DNA of 12,777 nt, taken from IMG/VR virus record IMGVR_UViG_2579778842_000009; one strand, written 5' to 3'. A program made the position numbers and the translations under genes. This DNA is from a virus. Lineage: Duplodnaviria; Heunggongvirae; Uroviricota; Caudoviricetes. A model generated the notes under the pieces. It was given only the letters and a program-made list of their open reading frames with translations, had not been told where the DNA came from and made no database searches. Positions within the stretch are counted from its first letter, which is position 1, and the number at the start of each line of letters is the position of its first letter. Of the stretch, positions 6,500-12,777 are shown one piece after another.

Positions 6500-9400
6500 G
6501 CGTCGTATCCCCCCTGATCGCTGTAGTTACTCCTGGCTTTTGCCTTCAGCCTGCGTTCACGTTCATCAAGCTGGCGTGCCACCTCCCGAGCAATATCCTG
6601 CGCACTTTGTCCTGGCTGCGTCTGAATGATGATCTGCGTCGGTACCTCAATCCGTTGAACGAGCGGCACAGTGGCTGCGCGACTCACAATTGCTTCTCCA
6701 CCTTTCGCGGGGAGTGCCAAAGGGTGCAACGGTGGAAGCTCTGCTGGCGCGGCAGCAACGCCCATCATTCCGGCAACAACGGCAGCCAGTGCAGCTGTAT
6801 TTCTCCGGCTGGTCACATTTGCCGGGCCGTTAACAATTTCCGGCCCGTTTTCACCGACGATGCCAAACTGCCCGCGCGGGATATACCCGCCGCTGTCATA
6901 CATCCCCGCAAAGCCATACCCCCATGACGGAAAACCACCCGATGGCATCATCACTTTACCGTCTGCATTCACCGTCGCAGGTTGCTGACGCGTCACGCTT
7001 TCCGGCAGTTTTGCCTTTGCGGCCTCTTTACTGACAATGCCAAGTTTCTCCAGCAACCAGGAAACGCCGGATTTCAGGGAGTCCAGCGGATGCATGACCA
7101 TATTCAGCCCTTCCGCCAGTGCCTCTCCGAATCGCCGCCCCATTGCCGCTGCACTCTGCAGTTCGGCAGAGGTCGACTTAACGGGCGTCAGCAGATCAGT
7201 AAACCAGCCCCACAGCGCCTGTACTTTGTCGCCAATCCACTGGAACACGGGCTTAAGCGGTTCGAACGCTGCACTGACGGGACCTGCCGCCGCTTTGAAT
7301 CCTTCCACCACGCCACCAAGAAATGCGGTGATGGGTTGCCAGTATTTCCAGACAACCAGCGCCACGCCCGCCAGTGCAGTAACCACAAGACCTATCGGAC
7401 TGAGCAGAGCACCTAACAGACCAGATACGGCATACAGGGCAACGCGCAGCATCGCCAGTGGACCAGATGCCAGTACTCGCAGCACCGTGCCTGCGGCGAC
7501 CAGTCCACCGCGCAGTACCGACAGAGGATTCATAAACATCACAGCAACAGCACGTAAACCGGATAATCCAGACCGCAAAAGTGCAACCGGCGCACCTGCT
7601 ACAGTTTTCAGGGCATTTCCCGTCAGTGATGCCGTGCGGCGCAAAGACGACAACGGCGCAGTAAGTAAACCTGCTGCGTTGCCCGATGAAGCAAACCCGC
7701 GTCGCAGCAGTGCCAGTGGAGCGCCAGCCAGCCAGGACAACGCGCTGCGGGTTCGGGTTACTGCTGCCGTAACGGAAGGTAACGTTTTGATACCCAGCAC
7801 AGAGAATCCCAGACGGATCACTGCCAGCGGCCCCAGCACTGCAGCCAGCGCCACCGCTAAGGTTCCGAGGCCTACGGTAACCGCAGCCACCACAGCGGCT
7901 ACTTTCATCAGTGTGCCTGTCAGTTCCGGGTTAGCTTCCACCCAGCGGCGCAACGCCCCCGTGATGCTTTTCACCGTGTACAGAATATCCATCAGCGGCT
8001 GGCGCAGCGTTTCGCCCAGGCTGCTGAAGGTGTTCTGCGCTCCGGTTTTGACCAGCAACCACTGCGCAGAAAGTGAGTCCTTGTTAATGTCGGATTCTTT
8101 CTGCATGGAGCCGAGCGCATCATTGCCCGCTGTCAGTTTTAGCTGGCGCTGCAGTTCCGGCAGGTTGTTTGCCAGTTTCGCCGCGTCATCGCCAAACTCT
8201 TTACCAAACAACATGGTCATGGCAGACAGACGTTTATCCTGCGGCAGTGCGTTCACCTTCTCCAGTACGCGCTGGATAGTTCCCATCGCATCCTTCGTCA
8301 TCTGCTTTTCAATCACTTCAGGATTGAGTTTCAGCAGATTCATCCCTTCAAAGAAACTCTTGCTTTGCATGGTGGCAATGGACAATTCACGCACCATCGC
8401 GTTTGCTGCACTGGCTGCAACCTCCGGCGCAGCACCCAGAGTCAGGAAGGTGGAACCCAGTGCCGCCGCTTTACGATAATCCAGACGGTCAGCCACACCG
8501 CCCAGACGTTGCATCACATCGATGATGTCCGCCCCTTTCGACATGGCGTTATCATCCAGATAGTTCAGCGCATCGCCGAGCTGTTCAATATTGCGGGTAG
8601 GTATTTTGTAGAGCTGGGCGATTTTCCCCAGACTTTCTGACAGTTCATCCGCTGGCAGCTCAAAGGCTGTTGCCGCCTTTGCTGCCGTACTGGCGAAGGC
8701 CAGCAGGTCACGTTTCTGGTCTTCCCAGCTGTCGTCAGGGTTTGCGACGTTCATGCGCGCACCACCTTCAACCAGTGCAGCGAAGTCCACCGCACCGTTT
8801 TCCATCGGCAACTGTTCGCTGGCAGCCTTGATGGCATCCTGCATTTCATAAAAACGTGCAGTGCGGTTGCCATTATCGTCACGCAGACCATTGACCTGCT
8901 TTGCCACACCTTTCATGGCATCTTCCATGCTGGTATAGCTTTTTACTGCCGCCATCACTGGCGCACCCATTGCCAGCCCTGCAGCCGTGGTAGTGGCTCC
9001 GGCTCCTGCGATGCGATCGCGCACTTCAAGCCGTCTTGAGTATTGTTCTCTGGCAGCGTTCATCCGTGCCTGTTGTTCACCCAGACGTTTAAGTGCTTTT
9101 TGCTGGCCCTCCAGTGCCTGCCTTGTTTCTTCAGCATTTTTCTTAAGTTCTCGCTGGGCACTACTGAGTTGTCTGGTATCAATCCCTGATTCTTTAAGTG
9201 CCTGACGTTGTCTCTGGACCGCCCCCAACAAGCCGTTATAGGTCTGCTGAAGTTCCTGTACTCGTGTTTTGGCCTGACTGAATAACTTTGCCTGCGCGGC
9301 GGTTGGCCTGTTAGTGGCAGCAAATTGTGTGGCGAGTTTTGCCGCCTCTTCGCGGGCTGCGTTCAGGTTGTTGGCTGTTATGGCTAGTTGCGAGCGCGTC

Positions 9401-9573
9401 TTGCGAAATTCATCAATTCTGCCAGCCTGCTTATTCAGTTCTTTGAGGCTGTTTCGGGTATTCTGAATTGCGCCAGCCAGCTCTTTCGAACTGGCCTGTG
9501 CAGCACGGAATGGGCGGGTGAGTTTGTCAACCGCATTAAGAATGACCTGCAGGCGCAGGTTATTATCACTCAT
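6496..9573 (-). CDS. T: Tail tape measure protein (gpT-like), 1025 aa
   Basis: N-terminal coiled-coil-like Ala/Gln/Arg/Lys-rich region, a central run of Gly/Ala/Leu-rich hydrophobic segments, and a Gly-rich C-terminus; located between E/E' and U. Confidence 0.85.
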   Translation of the reverse strand: MSDNNLRLQVILNAVDKLTRPFRAAQASSKELAGAIQNTRNSLKELNKQAGRIDEFRKTRSQLAITANNLNAAREEAAKLATQFAATNRPTAAQAKLFSQAKTRVQELQQTYNGLLGAVQRQRQALKESGIDTRQLSSAQRELKKNAEETRQALEGQQKALKRLGEQQARMNAAREQYSRRLEVRDRIAGAGATTTAAGLAMGAPVMAAVKSYTSMEDAMKGVAKQVNGLRDDNGNRTARFYEMQDAIKAASEQLPMENGAVDFAALVEGGARMNVANPDDSWEDQKRDLLAFASTAAKAATAFELPADELSESLGKIAQLYKIPTRNIEQLGDALNYLDDNAMSKGADIIDVMQRLGGVADRLDYRKAAALGSTFLTLGAAPEVAASAANAMVRELSIATMQSKSFFEGMNLLKLNPEVIEKQMTKDAMGTIQRVLEKVNALPQDKRLSAMTMLFGKEFGDDAAKLANNLPELQRQLKLTAGNDALGSMQKESDINKDSLSAQWLLVKTGAQNTFSSLGETLRQPLMDILYTVKSITGALRRWVEANPELTGTLMKVAAVVAAVTVGLGTLAVALAAVLGPLAVIRLGFSVLGIKTLPSVTAAVTRTRSALSWLAGAPLALLRRGFASSGNAAGLLTAPLSSLRRTASLTGNALKTVAGAPVALLRSGLSGLRAVAVMFMNPLSVLRGGLVAAGTVLRVLASGPLAMLRVALYAVSGLLGALLSPIGLVVTALAGVALVVWKYWQPITAFLGGVVEGFKAAAGPVSAAFEPLKPVFQWIGDKVQALWGWFTDLLTPVKSTSAELQSAAAMGRRFGEALAEGLNMVMHPLDSLKSGVSWLLEKLGIVSKEAAKAKLPESVTRQQPATVNADGKVMMPSGGFPSWGYGFAGMYDSGGYIPRGQFGIVGENGPEIVNGPANVTSRRNTAALAAVVAGMMGVAAAPAELPPLHPLALPAKGGEAIVSRAATVPLVQRIEVPTQIIIQTQPGQSAQDIAREVARQLDERERRLKAKARSNYSDQGGYDA

Positions 9574-10002
9574 CGTTGGCCCCGCTTCTCTGAATCGCTT
9601 TATACCGCCATTCCAGCACTTCGGTCAGCGGCATAACGTCAGTAACGGATGGCGGCCAGTGAAAGATGGTGGCGATATCAGCCACCAGATCGTCAACCGT
9701 CAGGCTGTCGGTAAACCGGCAAGCACCGACTTCTTCAACAAAAAAGTGACAACCTCAACCGACATGGCAGTGAGATCTGCCGGGTCCATCTCTGCAATTT
9801 CCTGTGCAGTCAGTGCCGGACTGGAGATGCGGGGGATCACGGTCATCATCGCGTTCACATCCATATCCATAATGGCCTGCAGGCGTGTACCGCGCAGCGC
9901 ACCGGACTGCGGTTTACGCAGCACAATTTCGGTAATTTCTGTTTTACCGCGCTTGATAGGGGTATCCAGTTGAATGGTCTTTTCAGTCTGCTTATCACTC
10001 AT
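9566..10002 (-). CDS. E+E': Tail assembly chaperone E+E' fusion made by programmed -1 ribosomal frameshift
   Basis: Slippery heptamer T_TTT_TTG in the E zero frame (+ strand 9739-9745). The -1 frame stays open for about 59 codons (...FFVEEVGACRFTDSLTVDDLVADIATIFHWPPSVTDVMPLTEVLEWRYKAIQRSGANDE) and stops at TGA 9566-9568, overlapping the T start ATG by 8 nt. Confidence 0.65.
9700..10002 (-). CDS. E: Tail assembly chaperone gpE (zero-frame product)
   Basis: 100-aa ORF MSDKQTEKTIQLDTPIKRGK...VEVVTFLLKKSVLAGLPTA with an AGGA ribosome-binding site 8 nt upstream; sits between FII and T as in P2. Confidence 0.8.
   Translation of the reverse strand: MSDKQTEKTIQLDTPIKRGKTEITEIVLRKPQSGALRGTRLQAIMDMDVNAMMTVIPRISSPALTAQEIAEMDPADLTAMSVEVVTFLLKKSVLAGLPTA
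9739..9745 (-). other. -1 frameshift slippery site TTTTTTG for E/E'
   Basis: Minus strand reads GTC ACT TTT TTG TTG, an X_XXY_YYZ heptamer in the gpE frame located 13 codons before the E stop. Confidence 0.65.
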
Positions 10003-10027
10003 TTTGTTGTCCTGTAAATTGGGTTCT

Positions 10028-10045
10028 GGCGCGGAATCCCGCGCC
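10028..10045 (-). other. Intercistronic GC-rich stem-loop between FII stop and E start
   Basis: GGCGCGG, 4-nt loop, CCGCGCC: a perfect 7-bp stem beginning 11 nt after the FII stop. No T-run follows on the transcribed strand. Confidence 0.4.
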
Positions 10046-10056
10046 GTTCAGATACA

Positions 10057-10572
10057 TCAGAGGCCGAGGGCGTTGCGGTGCGCTTCCATCAGGTCCACAC
10101 CGTCCACAATTTCCACCATGTTGATAAGGTCCACTTCATAGAGCACCTCACCATTGATGGTCAGCTTCGCGTAGCTGTTGGTACTGGTCACTTTGGTGGT
10201 GTTGCTTTCGCCCGTCTTCCACTCACCGGAGTCCACTTCTTTGTGACGTCCACGCACCACAAGCTCCACGGCCTGCACTTCCCCGGTATCGTCACGCTGG
10301 ATAGAGCCGGTAAAGCGCAACTGGATGCCATCCACCGTGGCTTTGCCCATCTGCTTAAACAGCAGCAGTTCAGTGCCACCAATGGAAAATTCTGTGTCCA
10401 GCGCACTGTCATCAAGCCCCAGATCCACATCCACTGCCCCCGGCATTCCGCCGCCGCGATACTTCTCATATTTGCGGGTGAATTTCGGCAGCGTCAGCGA
10501 CTCAACGATCCCCTGCCAGTTGTTCCCGTCGTTAAACAGGTTCAGGTGTTTTAATTTGCGTGGTAAAGCCAT
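10057..10572 (-). CDS. FII: Tail tube protein (gpFII-like)
   Basis: 171-aa ORF MALPRKLKHLNLFNDGNNWQGIVESLTLPKFTRKYEKYRGGGMPGAVDVDLGLDD..., matching the size of P2 FII (which I recall as about 172 aa); lies 9 bp downstream of the FI stop. Confidence 0.9.
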   Translation of the reverse strand: MALPRKLKHLNLFNDGNNWQGIVESLTLPKFTRKYEKYRGGGMPGAVDVDLGLDDSALDTEFSIGGTELLLFKQMGKATVDGIQLRFTGSIQRDDTGEVQAVELVVRGRHKEVDSGEWKTGESNTTKVTSTNSYAKLTINGEVLYEVDLINMVEIVDGVDLMEAHRNALGL

Positions 10573-10581
10573 GTTGTCCCC

Positions 10582-11754
10582 TTACGCGCTGACCTGGCTG
10601 GCGAAATTCACCAGGTACTGATCGGTGATGCGCTGACGCAACATCAGGTTTTCAAGTGGCGGCACTGGCGTGTAGTCGTAGTCGATGGTGAGTTTTCCGG
10701 CTTTCAGAGTGTCTTTGTCGTTCACCGACTCGTCCAGCCAGCAATCACCACCAATGAGATACCCCTGACTGACCAGGCTGCGCATTTTGGCGCGGATGCC
10801 CTCGATAATGTCGCGCGCCAGCGACGGGTTCAGCGGTTTGTCCACTGCCCACATGTGCGCTTCTGCCATTGTGTCCGTCAGCACCTGCGCCGTGCGGGTG
10901 TAGTTTTCGAAGGCAAAGAGCGGGTCATCACTCAGGCAGCGGGAACCCCAGAAGCGGAAACCGTCTTTACGCACAAGCGTGGTGACGTCGTTCTGGTTCA
11001 GCAGACCTGCATCGGTTGCCGGGTCCTGCAGATCCCAGAACACATCTGCAGAAATTCCGGTGACACCGTTCACGCCCACGTTGGACAGGCTTTTGTGCCA
11101 CCCAGTCTGCTCATCAATTTTGGCACGCAGACCAAGCGCACGGGCGGTGGCATATGCCGTTGCTTCGGCATTCAGCACCGTGTCCCAGCCAGTAAAGTCG
11201 GGCCAGATCAGCATTCCTTCGCGCTGGCTGAAGTTTTCACGGTAAGTGATCGCCTCCTGCACCGTCTTGCAGCCATACGCTGACAGGTAAGCAAACCCAC
11301 GCAGGCTTTGCGCCACACTCAGCAACTCAGTAGCAACGGCTTTGTTATCGTGACCTGGCACGCCGAGAATGCGCGGTTTAACGCCGAGCTGTGTCTGGGC
11401 AGATAACAGGGCTTTCATGCCTGTTTTTTTACCTTCAGCAGTCACTGCGCCGATGATATTGGTCGTGGTTTCTTCTTCCGTTTCACCCTGCGGCACACGC
11501 ACAACAACGGTCACGGGTTTTGCCTGGTCAGCGATGGCATCCAGCGAACGGGCCAGCGTGCCGGACTCACCCGCTTTACCGCTGGCAGTCAGCACATCAG
11601 TGATCAGCACGGGTTTATTAAGAGGAAACATTTTTGCATCGGCATCATCGCCCGTGCAGACCATACCCACGATGGCGGTGCTCACCGTGGTAATGGATCG
11701 GGTGCCTTCGTTGACTTCAACAACGCGCACCCCGTGGTGGTAATCCTGAGCCAT
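10582..11754 (-). CDS. FI: Contractile tail sheath protein (gpFI-like)
   Basis: 390-aa [57 protein letters not shown]...[24 protein letters not shown], closely resembling P2 FI. AGGAGG ribosome-binding site 9 nt upstream of the ATG. Confidence 0.9.
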   Translation of the reverse strand: MAQDYHHGVRVVEVNEGTRSITTVSTAIVGMVCTGDDADAKMFPLNKPVLITDVLTASGKAGESGTLARSLDAIADQAKPVTVVVRVPQGETEEETTTNIIGAVTAEGKKTGMKALLSAQTQLGVKPRILGVPGHDNKAVATELLSVAQSLRGFAYLSAYGCKTVQEAITYRENFSQREGMLIWPDFTGWDTVLNAEATAYATARALGLRAKIDEQTGWHKSLSNVGVNGVTGISADVFWDLQDPATDAGLLNQNDVTTLVRKDGFRFWGSRCLSDDPLFAFENYTRTAQVLTDTMAEAHMWAVDKPLNPSLARDIIEGIRAKMRSLVSQGYLIGGDCWLDESVNDKDTLKAGKLTIDYDYTPVPPLENLMLRQRITDQYLVNFASQVSA

Positions 11755-11830
11755 AGTGGCGAACCTCCTGATTGGATTAGGCTTCGCCCTATGTTGAAGT
11801 GATTGTGCCTGACAAACAGCTAAGCGCAGT

Positions 11831-11848
11831 TGTACCGTTATTCATACA
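11831..11848 (-). promoter_or_regulatory. P2-type late promoter (PF-like) activator site: TGT-N12-ACA dyad for Ogr
   Basis: TGTACCGTTATTCATACA (TGT, 12 nt, ACA) centred about 85 bp upstream of the FI ATG. This fits an Ogr site at about -55 with a roughly 30-nt leader. Confidence 0.55.
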
Positions 11849-11896
11849 AAATGACGGTATTTGTCTGCTTGCAGGGATAATCAACATAATGCTGAT

Positions 11897-12463
11897 TCAG
11901 GGGGATTCATTGCTCTTATTTGCCGGAAATTTTCTATAAATTGTGGAAACACCCACATCAAAAATCAGTGCAATACGCTGTCTTGATTCTCCGGCCTCGA
12001 GTAAACGTCCAATCTGTGCCCACTGTTCGGTGGTCAACTTAGGACGGCGTCCACCTACTCTGCCTTTAGCACGAGCTGCAGCCAGCCCCGCCCTGGTACG
12101 TTCAACTATCAGTTCGCGTTCCATTTCAGCCAGGGCCCCCATGACATGAAAAAAGAAACGGCCCATTGGGGTGCTGGTATCAATACTGTCAGTCAGGCTT
12201 CGGAAATTCACGCCACACTGGCGCAACTCTTCTATCAGCGTAACAAGATGCCGCATACTGCGCCCCAACCTGTCCAGCTTCCAGACAACCAGCGTGTCTC
12301 CTGCCGATAGTGTCCTGAGCAGTTTTTTCAGCCCCGGTCTGTCGGACTTAGTGCCACTGATTTTATCCTCAAAAATCCGCTCACATCCCGCGCAGTTCAG
12401 CGCACTACGTTGCAAATCGGTGTTCTGGTCATTTGTTGACACGCGTACATAGCCAATAAGCAT
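11897..12463 (-). CDS. pin: Serine recombinase, DNA invertase of the Gin/Pin/Hin/Cin family
   Basis: MLIGYVRVSTNDQNTDLQRSALNCAGCERIFEDKISGTKSDRPGLKKLLRTLSAGDTLVVWKLDRLGRSMRHLVTLIEELRQCGVNFRSLTDSIDTSTPMGRFFFHVMGALAEMERE... is near-identical in motif content to Gin/Pin, with the catalytic Ser in YVRVST. AAGGAG ribosome-binding site is 6 nt upstream of ATG 12463; the ORF-track start at 12469 directly abuts the RBS and is unlikely. Confidence 0.85.
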   Translation of the reverse strand: MLIGYVRVSTNDQNTDLQRSALNCAGCERIFEDKISGTKSDRPGLKKLLRTLSAGDTLVVWKLDRLGRSMRHLVTLIEELRQCGVNFRSLTDSIDTSTPMGRFFFHVMGALAEMERELIVERTRAGLAAARAKGRVGGRRPKLTTEQWAQIGRLLEAGESRQRIALIFDVGVSTIYRKFPANKSNESP

Positions 12464-12518
12464 GATCATCTCCTTGAATAAAAATCGGGGATGATGCCAG
12501 TTAGTCGTAATCGCTGCA

Positions 12519-12544
12519 TTTTCTTAAACGTTGGTTTGGGAGAA
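12519..12544. other. gix/hix/pix-like 26-bp invertase crossover site (invertase-proximal boundary of an invertible segment)
   Basis: TTTTCTTAAACG TT GGTTTGGGAGAA compared with gixL TTCCTGTAAACC GA GGTTTTGGATAA and hixL TTCTTGAAAACC AA GGTTTTTGATAA (both from memory). The AAAC, 4 nt, GTTT core is conserved and the right half matches gix at 10 of 12 positions. It lies about 70 bp upstream of the invertase start, as gix does relative to gin. Confidence 0.6.
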
Positions 12545-12777
12545 GCGGCAAAACGGGATGTAGGGACAGGGGAAAATCAGATACCGGACATGGCCTCTTT
12601 TGCCAGTGGTGATGGATGGATGAAATTACCCAACGGGAAAATCCTGCAATATGGTCGTGGTGCGGTTACGCCGACATTATCGACGCAAACAATGAGAATT
12701 ACATTCAGCATCCCTTTTCCTAAAAAAGTGGACTGCGCCATGCTTACTCATTCTGGTGATGGTGGTGCGCCTTTAGG
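12531..12777 (+). CDS. Partial ORF: putative alternate (silent-orientation) tail-fibre C-terminal variable cassette, reading from the crossover site into the invertible segment; continues beyond window
   Basis: Frame open from 12479 to the window end: ...GLGEAAKRDVGTGENQIPDMASFASGDGWMKLPNGKILQYGRGAVTPTLSTQTMRITFSIPFPKKVDCAMLTHSGDGGAPL. The KLPNGxIxQxG ... FPxxFP motifs resemble C-terminal receptor-binding regions of Mu S/e14 Stf-type tail fibres. Internal ATGs at 12491, 12494 and 12590 exist, but the frame runs through the crossover site. Confidence 0.4.

Larger units (their letters stand above)
4531..12777. mobile_element. P2-like (Peduovirus-type) prophage, late/tail arm from ogr-side end to the invertible tail-fibre segment; continues beyond window end, left boundary approximate
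   Basis: Collinear minus-strand gene set FI-FII-E/E'-T-U-D-ogr in canonical P2 order, with overlapping start/stop codons and an Ogr-type late promoter. The exact att core was not identified. Confidence 0.7.

Noticed and set aside
7037-8479. 480-aa + strand ORF (plus 6982-7416, 8365-8640, 8987-9205 and others) antisense to the tape measure gene
   Set aside because: Ala/Ser/Pro/Thr-rich low-complexity translation with no start context, lying entirely inside the well-supported minus-strand T gene. A typical shadow ORF in GC-rich repetitive coding sequence.
10078-11743. Plus-strand ORFs antisense to FII and FI (158, 93, 98, 142, 88 and 124 aa)
   Set aside because: Fully embedded in the sheath and tube genes on the opposite strand, which have clear P2 homology. 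No independent support.
12469-12469. Invertase start at the first ATG (MIMLIGY..., the ORF-track start)
   Set aside because: That ATG directly abuts the AAGGAG ribosome-binding site with zero spacing. The ATG 6 nt downstream has proper spacing and gives the canonical MLIGYVRVS N-terminus.
1-12777. CRISPR arrays, rRNA or tRNA genes
   Set aside because: No regularly spaced direct repeats or RNA-gene-like structures were seen on reading through; the non-coding stretches are short promoter and terminator spacers.

Overview
The window reads as an Escherichia coli-type chromosome segment with three parts. (1) 1-647: nested insertion sequences. An IS3-family element (IS629/IS1203-like left end and OrfA start, minus strand) abuts the last ~350 bp of IS30 (transposase C-terminus plus right inverted repeat). 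The IS30 end sits inside the 3' end of nfsA, replacing its last ~15 codons. (2) 648-4372: conserved host genes nfsA (truncated), ybjC, grxA, ybjM, ybjL. (3) ~4530-12777: the late (tail) arm of a P2-like prophage, all on the minus strand: ogr, D, U, T (tape measure, 1025 aa), E with a -1 frameshift E+E' product, FII (tube), FI (sheath), with an Ogr-type late promoter dyad upstream of FI. Next to FI is a Gin/Pin/Hin-family serine invertase, a gix/hix-like crossover site about 70 bp upstream of it, and the start of a tail-fibre-like ORF running off the window end. Together these look like an invertible tail-fibre host-range switch. No rRNA, tRNA or CRISPR array was seen. All identifications come from reading the translations and motifs from memory of the protein families; no database search was run.
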